Below are positions 35,695-45,856 of a DNA stretch of 64,000 nt, one piece after another. A model generated the notes under the pieces. The model made no database searches and had not been told where the DNA came from. It saw only the letters and a list, made by a program, of their open reading frames with translations. Source of the DNA: an uncultured Saprospiraceae bacterium (GTDB lineage: Bacteria > Bacteroidota > Bacteroidia > Chitinophagales > Saprospiraceae). The position numbers were made by a program, and so were the translations under genes. The stretch lies in contig CAJQQY010000201.1 of the NCBI GenBank assembly GCA_905480595.1, forward strand, positions 1,482 through 65,481. Reading direction: 5' to 3'. Position 1 is the stretch's first letter; each line of letters opens with the position of its first letter.

Positions 35695-37866
35695 TTACAT
35701 TTTTACAATCTTACCACTTTGAAGTATTTTATTTTCATTGGAAAATGTATAAAAATAAATACCTGGAGTAACATTTTTTCCTACTCCATTTTTTCCATCC
35801 CACTCCATTTTATTTTTATTGGAAAAATTTAAAACCTGAATTTCTTTTCCAAGAGAATCATAAATTTTAATGACTCCATTTTTGACTAAATTATTTTTTT
35901 TAAAAACAAAATTAACAGATTCTGAAAATGGATTTGGTTGAATAGTCAATGAAATATTTTTTTCCAAATCAGCCGTTCCTACGACAGGACAATTCCCAAT
36001 CATATTTTCATCCATCCAAATTAATCTATCGGTCGTCCAGTTTTTTAAATAAGTAATTTCCTCTTCATAAGTATCTCCGACGAAAGCATTGGGCCAAAGA
36101 TAATTTCCCAAAACTTGCCATCTTTCAAAATTTCGACCTTGTGCTTCTTCTAAAGTTGCAGCTTGCTCATCAATGTATTGCATGATTGAATCTGTCTGCC
36201 AAGAGCCAGCTCGCAACTCATCCCAACGACATTGAACTTGATTATTAAAAAGAGTATCTTCTTGCAATCGATCCCACCAAAAAGGTTGATCTTGCCCACA
36301 ATTTTCATCATCAAAATTCCAACCACTCGTTTCCCATCCATCACAATAATCTGCATTTCCAAAACCTAAATTAAAATCCCAAAGTGGTCCTGCATTCAAC
36401 AATCCGCCCTTGCTATCCTTGTCTTTAAATAAAAAAGAACTCAGTCGATAGGCATCCACATCACGACTCAATTCGACAACTAACATATGATCTATAAATG
36501 ACCCAACATCAATCCAATTCGTATAACCTAAATCTGGATTATCAAAATTTCCACTAGCCAAAACTTGTTCAAAGTTGGTGATATAATTTTGGATATAATC
36601 CTCTTGCTCATTAGTTAGATTATCAGAATTAGGATTTTGATAAACGAAAAAATGATTTGGATCAAAAGGAGAAAACCAACCATTCCCCAATTCAAAACGG
36701 TCAACTTGAACAATATATCCACCTGTCAAAGAATCACCTGCATTATCATCAAAATCCAATTTTGCAATGTCTACTCGATCATCATCTCGTTTTATTTTTT
36801 CCATCAAAATATAAATTCCAACGTATTCATCATTGATAAAAAGTTCGCAATATCGAGTACGAGGAGCCCAACGATCAGTTAAATTTCCAAGATGAAAAGC
36901 AAGGACATTCCGAATTAAACTTTTGTCTGAATAAGGTCCATGCAAAATCCAATCATTTTCTTTCGGCATGCCGAGCAGGTTCACATTATTATTTTCTCCT
37001 TGGCTAGTTTGAGTTTCGAAGCCATAATTTTTTTTCGGAAAATTTGAAGAAGAAGCTCCTCTAGTTTCGATGGCAATTTGTCCATCATAACCATTTAATG
37101 AATCTGAAAAAATGTAATTTCGATTATCTGGCCCATTGTCGATGATGCCCATGTGAGCAACTATTTTGGGTTCGTCAGGAATCTGTTCGCCAAAAGTATT
37201 TATTTTTATAATCGGCAAATCAGAAGATAGAAATGGAGGTGTGAACCAACTCAAAGTTGGCGAATAATTCATCACAGTTTGATTAACTCCAACTGAAAAA
37301 AAGAAAAGAGAAGAAAGGTCAGATGAATTTATCCCTCGATTATGAACTTGAATGGCGAGTGTATTATTTCCATTTTGTAAGCATTGAATGATTTTATCTT
37401 TTGACAAAGTGAAAGGTACTGGTAACCCACCATCATACATTTGGGCTTCTCGCTGGGTAGGTGTCGTAGCATTAAATGCTGGAAAATCACCTTCCATATT
37501 AGCTCGAGCAATTTCTACTCCATTCAAATAAGCAATAAAACCATCGTCATAATCTGCATGAAATAGAGCCATTTCAAGGTGTGAAATATCTACAATGTCA
37601 AAGTCTTTTCGCATATAAATTGAGATCGTACTTTGTATATTGGTATTGTCATCACCATCGCCATAACCAATGCCACCTTGTCCTTCATCCCAATTGGAAT
37701 CATCAAAGTTAGTCTCAAACCAATCGCTTGGAGGCTCTGAATCTCCGACCCGATATTTCCATATATCTTCTGCAAAAACGACTGTTTCCCAATGATCTAT
37801 GGCTTGAGAAAAAAGCTGATTTGTGAAAAAGCAAAGAAATAAAAAGCAAAAAGAAATATATTTCAT
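35695..37866 (-). CDS. CotH-family (atypical kinase fold) secreted protein with a T9SS type A C-terminal sorting domain
   Basis: Signal peptide. Central ...LLGMPKENDWILHGPYSDKSLIRNVLAFHL...YCELFINDEYVGIYILMEKIKRD... resembles CotH. The last ~80 aa (...IKIYDSLGKEIQVL...PGIYFYTF...GKIVKM) form a typical Por secretion tail. Confidence 0.65.
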   Translation of the reverse strand: MKYISFCFLFLCFFTNQLFSQAIDHWETVVFAEDIWKYRVGDSEPPSDWFETNFDDSNWDEGQGGIGYGDGDDNTNIQSTISIYMRKDFDIVDISHLEMALFHADYDDGFIAYLNGVEIARANMEGDFPAFNATTPTQREAQMYDGGLPVPFTLSKDKIIQCLQNGNNTLAIQVHNRGINSSDLSSLFFFSVGVNQTVMNYSPTLSWFTPPFLSSDLPIIKINTFGEQIPDEPKIVAHMGIIDNGPDNRNYIFSDSLNGYDGQIAIETRGASSSNFPKKNYGFETQTSQGENNNVNLLGMPKENDWILHGPYSDKSLIRNVLAFHLGNLTDRWAPRTRYCELFINDEYVGIYILMEKIKRDDDRVDIAKLDFDDNAGDSLTGGYIVQVDRFELGNGWFSPFDPNHFFVYQNPNSDNLTNEQEDYIQNYITNFEQVLASGNFDNPDLGYTNWIDVGSFIDHMLVVELSRDVDAYRLSSFLFKDKDSKGGLLNAGPLWDFNLGFGNADYCDGWETSGWNFDDENCGQDQPFWWDRLQEDTLFNNQVQCRWDELRAGSWQTDSIMQYIDEQAATLEEAQGRNFERWQVLGNYLWPNAFVGDTYEEEITYLKNWTTDRLIWMDENMIGNCPVVGTADLEKNISLTIQPNPFSESVNFVFKKNNLVKNGVIKIYDSLGKEIQVLNFSNKNKMEWDGKNGVGKNVTPGIYFYTFSNENKILQSGKIVKM

Positions 37867-38135
37867 GTGAAACGAGTTTTTTTTTCAAAAGTAGAAAAAT
37901 AAACCTAGGTTTTTTTGTTCAAAAAACCATAACCATTGAATTAAATAAATGTTTTTTGTCTTGCAAAAAATGAGCTAAGAAGATTTAGACTTTTAATAAG
38001 TGAGATTGAATAATAAAAAATTAATGTTTAGACTTTTCCGTAAGGCATTTTTTTTATAAAATAATGGATGGAAAATCGGAATTTGTGAAACGAATTATCA
38101 TGAATTACAGTTCTAAGAAAATAGGATAAAAGAAA

Positions 38136-38173
38136 AGGAATAGCGAGGTAAAATCGCTATTCCTTTTTTTTTG
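38136..38173 (+). terminator. Orphan intrinsic terminator upstream of the aspS promoter
   Basis: Stem AGGAATAGCGA (38136-38146) / TCGCTATTCCT (38154-38164), followed by a 9-nt T-run. No annotated gene ends here. Confidence 0.7.
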
Positions 38174-38214
38174 TAAAAAATGATTTTACTCAAACATTTA
38201 TTGAATAGAAACAT

Positions 38215-38222
38215 TAATTTTG
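38215..38222 (+). promoter_or_regulatory. Candidate -7 box TAATTTTG (TAnnTTTG) for aspS
   Basis: Exact consensus match, 50 nt upstream of the ATG at 38272. Confidence 0.3.
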
Positions 38223-38271
38223 CAGCCACGTTTTAATATTTCAACTTTTTATAATCTTTAAAAAAAGGAAA

Positions 38272-40047
38272 ATGTATCGAACTCATAATTGCGGACAATT
38301 ACGTATTGAAAATGTAGGAAGTAATGTTGTACTTAGTGGATGGGTGCAAGGATCGAATGATTTAGGGCACATGATGTACACTAACCTCCGTGACAGATAT
38401 GGTATTACTCAATTAATTTTTAGTAAAGAGAAAACATCTCAAGATTTATTTGATAAGGCAAGAACCTTAGGAAGAGAGTTTGTAGTGAAAGCTACAGGTA
38501 AAGTAATAGAACGACATTCTAAAAATCCAAAGATTCCAACTGGTGATATCGAAATTGAAGTAACTGAATTAGAAATTTTGAATGAGTCAAAAACACCTCC
38601 ATTCACTATTGATAATGAAACGGACGGTGGAGATGATTTGAGAATGACTTATCGATATTTAGATTTGCGAAGAAAGCCAGTTCAAAATAATATCATTTTC
38701 CGAAGTAAGTTGTCTTTGGAAACTCGAATATATTTGAATAGCCAAAACTTCGTAGAAGTCGAAACTCCATTTTTGATTAAAAGTACGCCAGAGGGTGCGA
38801 GAGATTTTGTGGTGCCAAGTCGAATGAACAAAGGTCAATTTTATGCATTGCCTCAGTCGCCTCAGACGTTTAAGCAATTGTTGATGATTTCAGGTTTAGA
38901 TCGTTATTTCCAAATTGTAAAATGTTTCCGTGATGAAGATTTAAGAGCAGATCGTCAACCTGAGTTTACTCAAATTGATTGCGAAATGTCGTATGTGACA
39001 CAAGAAGATATTTTGAATACTTTCGAAGGTTTGACAAAGCATTTATTCAAAACAACTTTGGATGTTGAATTGGAAGATTTCCCTCGAATGACTTATGATG
39101 ATGCAATGCGATTATATGGTTCTGACAAACCAGATACTCGTTTCGGAATGCAATTCGTCGAGTTAAATGATGTAGCGAAAGGAACAGGATTTCCAGTTTT
39201 TGATAATGCAGAAATAGTAGTTGGAATTTGCGCAGAAGGTCAAGCTGGTAATTTTTCAAATAAAGATATCAAGAAATTGACGGAGTGGATGCAACGTCCG
39301 CAGATTGGAGCGAAAGGATTAGTGTATGTAAAAGTGGAAGCAGGAGGAACATTTAAATCTCCAGTTGGGAAATTTTTCTCAGACGAAGTTTTACAAACTT
39401 GGGCAGATAAATTTGGAGCAAAAGAAGGTGACATGATATTGGTTCTTTCGGGTGAAGATGAAAAAACTCGAAAGCAATTAAATGAACTTCGTTTGGAAAT
39501 GGGTAACCGAATGGGCTTACGAGATCCTAAAAAATTCAGTCCACTTTGGGTAGTTGATTTTCCATTATTAGAGTGGGATGAAGATTCAGAAAGGTTCCAT
39601 GCTATGCATCACCCGTTCACTTCGCCTAAAAAAGCAGACATGGAGCGAATGCTAAATGGAGATCATGAAACGATGAAATCACTTCGAGCAGATGCTTACG
39701 ATTTAGTGATTAATGGAGTAGAGATTGGTGGAGGATCAGTTCGTATTCACGATCGAGATTTACAATCTAAGAACTTTGACTTGCTAGGGTTTACCAAAGA
39801 AGAAGCGGAAGCACAATTTGGATTTTTACTTGGAGCATTTGAATATGGAGCACCTCCCCATGGTGGAATTGCTTTTGGTTTCGATAGATTATGCGCGGTG
39901 TTGAATGGAGTGAATTCAATTAGAGATTTCATTGCATTTCCAAAAAATAACCAAGGTCGCGATATGATGATTGATGCGCCAAGTCCAATTGATGAAACGC
40001 AGTTGGATGAGTTGGGAATCGAAATGGCGAAAGAAGAAGTTGAGTAA
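38272..40047 (+). CDS. aspS: Aspartate--tRNA ligase
   Basis: [11 protein letters not shown]... N-terminus, class II motifs ([18 protein letters not shown]; GGGSVRIH; GIAFGFDR), 591 aa. Confidence 0.95.
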   Translation: MYRTHNCGQLRIENVGSNVVLSGWVQGSNDLGHMMYTNLRDRYGITQLIFSKEKTSQDLFDKARTLGREFVVKATGKVIERHSKNPKIPTGDIEIEVTELEILNESKTPPFTIDNETDGGDDLRMTYRYLDLRRKPVQNNIIFRSKLSLETRIYLNSQNFVEVETPFLIKSTPEGARDFVVPSRMNKGQFYALPQSPQTFKQLLMISGLDRYFQIVKCFRDEDLRADRQPEFTQIDCEMSYVTQEDILNTFEGLTKHLFKTTLDVELEDFPRMTYDDAMRLYGSDKPDTRFGMQFVELNDVAKGTGFPVFDNAEIVVGICAEGQAGNFSNKDIKKLTEWMQRPQIGAKGLVYVKVEAGGTFKSPVGKFFSDEVLQTWADKFGAKEGDMILVLSGEDEKTRKQLNELRLEMGNRMGLRDPKKFSPLWVVDFPLLEWDEDSERFHAMHHPFTSPKKADMERMLNGDHETMKSLRADAYDLVINGVEIGGGSVRIHDRDLQSKNFDLLGFTKEEAEAQFGFLLGAFEYGAPPHGGIAFGFDRLCAVLNGVNSIRDFIAFPKNNQGRDMMIDAPSPIDETQLDELGIEMAKEEVE

Positions 40048-40080
40048 GTCGATTTTCTAAATCGTAAAAAGTATATAAAA

Positions 40081-40120
40081 AAAGACCTGCTCAACTTAAA
40101 GTTGAAAAGGTCTTTTTTTT
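40081..40120. terminator. Bidirectional terminator between aspS and the OMP gene
   Basis: AAAGACCT...AGGTCTTT outer stem with an inner TCAAC/GTTGA stem, flanked by A- and T-runs. Confidence 0.7.
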
Positions 40121-40138
40121 GAAAAGGTTATTCCGTTT

Positions 40139-41008
40139 CTAGAAGCTAAAACCTAATGAAAACTGAAATGACAAATTTTTGTCTTTATCATCTCGTGTCG
40201 CAAAGTTAAGACCATCAATTTCTGAATATGAAAAATCAAGATCAGAATTAGTAACATCGATTAATCCATAAGTTGCAGTAGCAGAAAAATATAATCCACC
40301 ATTCAAAAAGAAAGCTGCGCCACCTGAAAGTCCTGCGTCAAATACTTTATATGCTTTCCCCTCTTTCTCATCCAAATCATAATAAGCACTCAATGTATTT
40401 GGAATCTCAACAGTTTCCGCTCCTACATCAAGAGATATATTTTCTACCCCATTAATTAATTCACCAGCATCTTGACGACCATAATTATAATCTAAAGTTA
40501 AATTGAGTGCATCAATAGTATTATTATTTCCTTCAACTCTTCCATTTTTATAAATCAATTCGCCCGAAGCAGTTGATCCAACTAAAAAACTAGTATATCC
40601 ACCTCCGTAAACTTCTAATTTTTTTCCAATTTTTCCATAAGCCATAATTGGAATTTCAATGTAAGCGTTGGCAATATTTAATGAAACACTTTTGCTTCCA
40701 GTAGTCAAAATTTTGTCATTGGCTCCTCTGAAAAAATATGGCATATTATCTCCTTCAAAAGTTCGTTTCGACCCTTTTTGAGTAAAAACCACTTCACCTC
40801 GAATTCCAAACAAATCTGTAAATGCGACACGAACACCTCCACCCACATGGAATCCAGTATTAGTGCTATAACTTTCTCCAGGTTCAGTATCTCCATTCAA
40901 AGACGAAACATTTAAACCAACTCTAAATCCGTAAGATAACTCTTGGGCATTCATACTTTCCGACCATGTAAAAAACAAAGCCACTACCAAAATAATTACT
41001 CGTGTCAT
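40139..41008 (-). CDS. Outer-membrane beta-barrel (porin-family) protein
   Basis: Signal peptide from the internal ATG (MTRVIILVVALFFTWSESMNAQ), alternating beta-strand pattern and a C-terminal ...FSLGFSF ending in Phe. The track start at 41107 is probably too far upstream. Confidence 0.7.
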   Translation of the reverse strand: MTRVIILVVALFFTWSESMNAQELSYGFRVGLNVSSLNGDTEPGESYSTNTGFHVGGGVRVAFTDLFGIRGEVVFTQKGSKRTFEGDNMPYFFRGANDKILTTGSKSVSLNIANAYIEIPIMAYGKIGKKLEVYGGGYTSFLVGSTASGELIYKNGRVEGNNNTIDALNLTLDYNYGRQDAGELINGVENISLDVGAETVEIPNTLSAYYDLDEKEGKAYKVFDAGLSGGAAFFLNGGLYFSATATYGLIDVTNSDLDFSYSEIDGLNFATRDDKDKNLSFQFSLGFSF

Positions 41009-41158
41009 ATTTTTATTTTTTTTCGTTGAACGTTGAACGACTGACGTTTTACGTTCTCTAAAATGATGAATATTTTCTGTTAAAAAAAAGCAAAGATAGT
41101 ATTCCAACTAAGAACTTACAATAGTATTTATTCTAAATAAATTAGTTGGGGGAAAGGT

Positions 41159-41629
41159 CTAAATTTCAACCTCCAAAATCTTTTTCAAAATAATTCGGTG
41201 TTCTTCGATATTTTCTCTTGGCTCAAATTTGATAATTTTAAAATTATTTTTAAGAGCAAAAATGAGCATTCCTTGATGTTTATTTCTAGTTTTTAAAATA
41301 ACGTTTTGAAAACCATTTTGTGTAATCCAAGTTTCTTGTTTTTTTGCCAAGGCATCAGCAATTCCTTTTTGTCTAAAATCAGGAAGGACGCCTCCCATCC
41401 AAGTGTAGAAATTTATACCATCTTGAAATTTATCATAACCAACTTTAAAACCAACCATTTTTTTATCAGCATAAGCAATCAAAATCAAATATTTTTTTCC
41501 AGTCATCCTATTTTCATAAACTTCTTTTTGATGAGGATTCTCCAATTCTGGAATTTGATTCGAAACAGAAACCGCATCTTCAATACTTCCTTTTTTTATT
41601 TGAAAACTGAAATGAGTATTTTGCATCAA
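41159..41629 (-). CDS. GNAT-family N-acetyltransferase
   Basis: ...VLPDFRQKGIADALAKKQETW... is the acetyl-CoA binding R/Q-x-x-G-x-A motif; 156 aa. Confidence 0.8.
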   Translation of the reverse strand: MMQNTHFSFQIKKGSIEDAVSVSNQIPELENPHQKEVYENRMTGKKYLILIAYADKKMVGFKVGYDKFQDGINFYTWMGGVLPDFRQKGIADALAKKQETWITQNGFQNVILKTRNKHQGMLIFALKNNFKIIKFEPRENIEEHRIILKKILEVEI

Positions 41630-41664
41630 TTACTTAAATTTTCTTTTTCTTAAACAATATATTT

Positions 41665-42477
41665 TTGAAAAAAAAGTCCCTCAAAAAAATGATTATTTGG
41701 ATCATCTCAATTTATGTCCTAGCCATAATTGGAATTTATGCGTTACAAAAATATATTATTTTTCAACCTGATAAATTACCATTGAATTATCAATTTGTTT
41801 TTGAAAAACCATATCGAGAATTATTCATAAAAACAGTTGATAGTGAGACGTTGAACGCATTATTGTTTCAAACGGATTTACCGCTCAAGGGGTTGGTAAT
41901 TTATTTTCATGGCAATGCAGATAATTTGCAGCGATGGGGAAAATTTTATTCAGATTTTACTTCGAGAGGTTATGATATTTTGATGGCTGACTTTCGAGGT
42001 TTTGGAAAAAGTACCGGGAAACCTGATGAGCAGAAATTCTATCAAGATGCTCAATTAATTTATGATCATATTTTTGATGTAGCGGATAAATATAAAAGAA
42101 ACGAAATCATTATTTATGGTCGATCGTTGGGATGTGCGGTTGCTTCAAATTTGGCGATGAAAGTGGAAGCTCAAAAAGTTATCCTAGAAACGCCATTTAA
42201 AAATATTAATAATTTGATGAGAACCAATAGTAGGATTCTCTTTTTACCATTTGATTTTAAATATAAATTTCCAAATGACGAACATTTAATGAAAATTCAA
42301 AAACCAATTTATATTTTTGCAGGAACAAAAGATATTGTGGTTCCTAATAAATCTACGGAACAATTAAAACCATTTTTAAAACCTTCGGATCAATACATCG
42401 ACATCGAAGGTGGAGGACATAAGAATTTAAGTACATTTAAAAAATATCAACAAGCATTAGATGCTATTTTGCAATGA
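41665..42477 (+). CDS. Alpha/beta hydrolase (BEM46/ABHD-like), N-terminal TM anchor
   Basis: HGNADN oxyanion region, nucleophile elbow YGRSLGC, C-terminal GGGH. The track start is TTG; an alternative ATG lies at 41689. Confidence 0.8.
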   Translation: MKKKSLKKMIIWIISIYVLAIIGIYALQKYIIFQPDKLPLNYQFVFEKPYRELFIKTVDSETLNALLFQTDLPLKGLVIYFHGNADNLQRWGKFYSDFTSRGYDILMADFRGFGKSTGKPDEQKFYQDAQLIYDHIFDVADKYKRNEIIIYGRSLGCAVASNLAMKVEAQKVILETPFKNINNLMRTNSRILFLPFDFKYKFPNDEHLMKIQKPIYIFAGTKDIVVPNKSTEQLKPFLKPSDQYIDIEGGGHKNLSTFKKYQQALDAILQ

Positions 42478-43163
42478 GTAAGAAAAATAAGCTTCAAAAA
42501 TTCGCCGACATTTTAACCTTTCCAAATGTCTATGAAAATATCGATCCGAGGAATCCTGAACTCTCTGGATTAAATGGAGAAATTGTAGACTTGAAAGGAA
42601 AATGGAGTGAAAAACATTTTAAAAATAACAACCCAATTGTCTTAGAATTGGCTTGCGGAAAAGGACATTACACACTTGGTCTGGCAGAACGGTTTCCCAA
42701 CAAAAACTTTATTGGCGTAGATATCAAAGGTGCTCGGATTTGGAAAGGTGCAAAAATTGCGATGGAGAATAATATCGACAATGCTGCTTTTTTTCGAACT
42801 CGAATAGAGCAGATAGAATTATTTTTTGAAAAAGATGAAGTGGATGAAATTTGGATAACTTTCCCTGATCCATTTTTAAAAGATAGCAAAGCGAATCGAA
42901 GATTAACTGCTTCATCTTTCTTACATAGATATCGCAATATCTTAAAAGAAGACGGTATCGTGAATTTAAAAACAGATTCGCCTGAGTTGTACCAATTCAC
43001 ATTGGAGACCTTGAAAAAAGAAACTTCATTTGAGTTGTTGTATCATGATGATGATATTTATTCAAAACCACTTCCTGTGGATGCTTTGGAATTAAAAACG
43101 GAATATGAAGGGATGCACTTAGCGAAGAATTTGACGATTAAATATGTGAAGATAAAGGTGTGA
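42474..43163 (+). CDS. trmB: tRNA (guanine46-N7)-methyltransferase
   Basis: ...LELACGKGHYTLGLA... SAM motif and ...ITFPDPF... block typical of TrmB. The ATGA overlaps the upstream gene. Confidence 0.85.
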   Translation: MSKKNKLQKFADILTFPNVYENIDPRNPELSGLNGEIVDLKGKWSEKHFKNNNPIVLELACGKGHYTLGLAERFPNKNFIGVDIKGARIWKGAKIAMENNIDNAAFFRTRIEQIELFFEKDEVDEIWITFPDPFLKDSKANRRLTASSFLHRYRNILKEDGIVNLKTDSPELYQFTLETLKKETSFELLYHDDDIYSKPLPVDALELKTEYEGMHLAKNLTIKYVKIKV

Positions 43164-43171
43164 AAAATAAT

Positions 43172-43206
43172 AAAAAAGCCTCGAACATTTCGTTCGAGGC
43201 TTTTTT
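43172..43206 (+). terminator. Intrinsic terminator after trmB (stem GCCTCGAA / TTCGAGGC)
   Basis: A-run, 8-bp GC-rich stem (43178-43185 / 43193-43200), then a T-run. Confidence 0.8.
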
Positions 43207-43332
43207 ATTGAATGACAAATTCATAGTTCCCTTTCCTGGTTTTATAAAAATACTCACCTAGTATAAATTTTAATAAACCTAAACAAACTATTATAATCTA
43301 TTATATTAGAGTTATTTCTAAAAACAAAACTG

Positions 43333-44802
43333 ATGAATCAAAAAAAAGCTACTCTAATTTATTTTTGGATATTTACCTTGATTTTGGGAAACTGGAGTTG
43401 TAACAATTCAATTACAAAATATGAAGGTGATATATTAATCCAGAATATCAATATTATTGATGCAAAAAATGGCCTTCAAAAAGAGATGGATATAGTCGTT
43501 AAAAATGACAAAATTCAAATGGTTAACCCACACCAAAAAGAGTTTAGTTTTTCAGGCAATATTACTATTGATGGAAATGGAAAATTTTTAATTCCAGGAC
43601 TATGGGATGCTCATGTTCATTTTGCTTACCTCACAGAATTAGCTCCTTCTATGTTCAAACTGTTTTTGGTGAATGGAGTGACAAGTGTCAGAGATACTGG
43701 TGGAAAATTAGATTTAGTGAAACCGTGGAAAGATGCAGCAGAAAAAGACCCTCAAAATTCACCACGAGTAAAAATTGCTGGACCATTATTAGATGGTGTT
43801 CCAGTTGTTTATGATGGAAGTGGACCAAATAGGCCTCCTCTTGGTACAGGTGCAAAAAACCCAGAAGAGGGAATAAAATTAGTAGATCAATTTTTTGATG
43901 CTCAAGTAGATTTAATCAAAGCTTATGAAATGCTAAGCCCTGAAACCTTTGCAGCTGTTGCTGCTCGTGCCAAGGAAAAAGGATTAAAAGTAACAGGCCA
44001 TGTTCCATTAAGTATGGATGTGATAAGTGCTTCCAATGCAGGTCTAAATAGTATGGAGCATCTTCGAAACTTAGAAATGTCTATTGCTAAAGATGCAGAT
44101 AAATTATTATTAAAAAGACGAGAAATGTTAGTAGCAGGGAAAAATGATCAAGGAGGAATCCTTAGATCTAGAATGCATCAAGCGCAAAGAATGCATGCTG
44201 TTCAAAATCAAGATCCTCTAAAACGAAAAGAAGTTTTAAGTGTTTTAGCAAAAAATAATACCTGGCAAATTCCAACATTAACGATAGCAACAGCTGGAAC
44301 AAATGCAGTTTTTGCTCGCCCTGAATGGAGAGCTAACTACAAATACCTTCCAGATTCTCTAGGAAACCAATGGATGGAATCTTCTATAAAATATGCGGAA
44401 AACTCACCCGACCAAAATGCGAAAGATTACACAAAATGGGCAGAAGAAATGGTAAAACATCTTTCCGAAGCTAATGTGGGAATCATGGCAGGAACAGATT
44501 GCCCTATTTTCTTTTTGACTCCTGGTTATAGCCTGCATGAGGAACTTAGACTTTTAGTCAAATCTGGATTGACTTCTTTGGAAGCTATCAATGCAGCGAC
44601 ACTTCGTCCTGCTCAATATTTTAATTTAGAAAATGAATTGGGGACAATCGAAAATGGAAAGTTAGCAGATTTATTAATTTTGGATGAGAATCCATTGGAT
44701 GATATTCGAAATACTCAAAAGATTAACGCTGTTTTTAAAAATGGAAAATTATTTGATCGAACTGCTTTGGATGAGATGTTAAAAGATCTTGAAGAGAATT
44801 AG
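43333..44802 (+). CDS. Secreted amidohydrolase-superfamily metallo-hydrolase
   Basis: Signal peptide, GLWDAHVH (HxH metal site), and C-terminal ...GKLADLLILDENP... typical of the family. Confidence 0.8.
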   Translation: MNQKKATLIYFWIFTLILGNWSCNNSITKYEGDILIQNINIIDAKNGLQKEMDIVVKNDKIQMVNPHQKEFSFSGNITIDGNGKFLIPGLWDAHVHFAYLTELAPSMFKLFLVNGVTSVRDTGGKLDLVKPWKDAAEKDPQNSPRVKIAGPLLDGVPVVYDGSGPNRPPLGTGAKNPEEGIKLVDQFFDAQVDLIKAYEMLSPETFAAVAARAKEKGLKVTGHVPLSMDVISASNAGLNSMEHLRNLEMSIAKDADKLLLKRREMLVAGKNDQGGILRSRMHQAQRMHAVQNQDPLKRKEVLSVLAKNNTWQIPTLTIATAGTNAVFARPEWRANYKYLPDSLGNQWMESSIKYAENSPDQNAKDYTKWAEEMVKHLSEANVGIMAGTDCPIFFLTPGYSLHEELRLLVKSGLTSLEAINAATLRPAQYFNLENELGTIENGKLADLLILDENPLDDIRNTQKINAVFKNGKLFDRTALDEMLKDLEEN

Positions 44803-44835
44803 TATTTATTGGGATTTTTCTGTTTGAAAATTCCT

Positions 44836-44868
44836 AAAAAAAAAAGCCTCGAACTTAATATTCGAGGC
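44836..44868 (-). terminator. Terminator for the minus-strand lipoprotein gene; its stem is identical to the trmB terminator
   Basis: GCCTCGAA (44846-44853) / TTCGAGGC (44861-44868), with a 10-nt T-run on the minus strand. Confidence 0.75.
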
Positions 44869-44919
44869 TTCCTCTGTTTGTGTGACTCGGAGAGGTAGCC
44901 CCAGTAAAGATTCAAATAC

Positions 44920-45507
44920 TTACCAATCCACAGATAGTACATTGTCGAAAGAAATGATTGAAGAGTTCTGATAAATATTATTTTTAGGGAAAGTAGTATA
45001 CCCCTCATTTGCTGCAAAAGTTTTTATTACCATATTGAGTGGTTTCGAATTATCCAAATCCTTTTTTGGTATAGAAATGTTCCAAACAATATGATTGTTA
45101 GGAGATAAAGAGGAAGAGGTAAAAGTGCTGTTCAAGTCTGCATCCGAATCAAAAATACCACAACCTGAAATCGTTATACTATCAATGAGATAAAAAGTAC
45201 AAATTTCATTAAAATCTAAAATACCTATACCCCAGTCGAAATCTTCGTCAATAATTCCGTTGGCATTTTTATCAATCCAAATTTTTATCAAGTCTATGTT
45301 AGGAAAATTTCCCATCAGATTATTAGTTGTATCAGATAGGACTTCAATTGTTAGTTCAAGGTTATCATTAGTTTCTATTACTGTGATATTGTGTGTTTGG
45401 TCATTAACCAAAGTTGTGCTAATATGAGGTTCGTTATTATCTTTACAACTTGTAAGTAATGCCAATAATGTTAAAATAAAACCTAATAATAAATGATTAA
45501 ATTTCAT
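44920..45507 (-). CDS. Hypothetical lipoprotein
   Basis: The lipobox-like N-terminus ...LLALLTSCKDN; 195 aa; no recognised domain. Confidence 0.6.
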   Translation of the reverse strand: MKFNHLLLGFILTLLALLTSCKDNNEPHISTTLVNDQTHNITVIETNDNLELTIEVLSDTTNNLMGNFPNIDLIKIWIDKNANGIIDEDFDWGIGILDFNEICTFYLIDSITISGCGIFDSDADLNSTFTSSSLSPNNHIVWNISIPKKDLDNSKPLNMVIKTFAANEGYTTFPKNNIYQNSSIISFDNVLSVDW

Positions 45508-45807
45508 AAGTGGAATTTTTTGTTTAGTGAAGTAGTAAAAAGGATTTAATTCTCAAATTAGTGAGGTTCTATATATTTGAACCTGAAAATGAACGAATTG
45601 GGTGTCTGAACATTTACCTTTTTGAAAAAAAATGACTCAACTCGATTTAACAAGATTAAAACTCGATGAAATACTTTTGGATAAATTGGAATAAAAAATT
45701 CCATATGTAAGAGTTTTATTATTTGTGGCCCATTCCATTTTTCTAAAAAAAATCATCCCTCTTGCAACATCTTTTCAAACTTTCTTGTTACACCAACTTA
45801 TAAAATA

Positions 45808-45815
45808 TACCTTTG
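45808..45815 (+). promoter_or_regulatory. Candidate -7 box TACCTTTG (TAnnTTTG) for purF
   Basis: Exact consensus match, about 40 nt upstream of the purF ATG. Confidence 0.3.
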
Positions 45816-45856
45816 CAAAAAATTAGATTTCTATAACGGTTTTTAAACTGAATTTG

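Noticed and set aside
39747-40094. 115-aa minus-strand ORF antisense to the 3' end of aspS
   Set aside because: The aspS frame is unambiguous (class II motif 3). The antisense ORF is S/P/N-rich with no features.
41306-41653. 115-aa plus-strand ORF antisense to the GNAT gene
   Set aside because: The GNAT frame shows the acetyl-CoA binding motif. The antisense product is a low-complexity, F/I/S-rich sequence.
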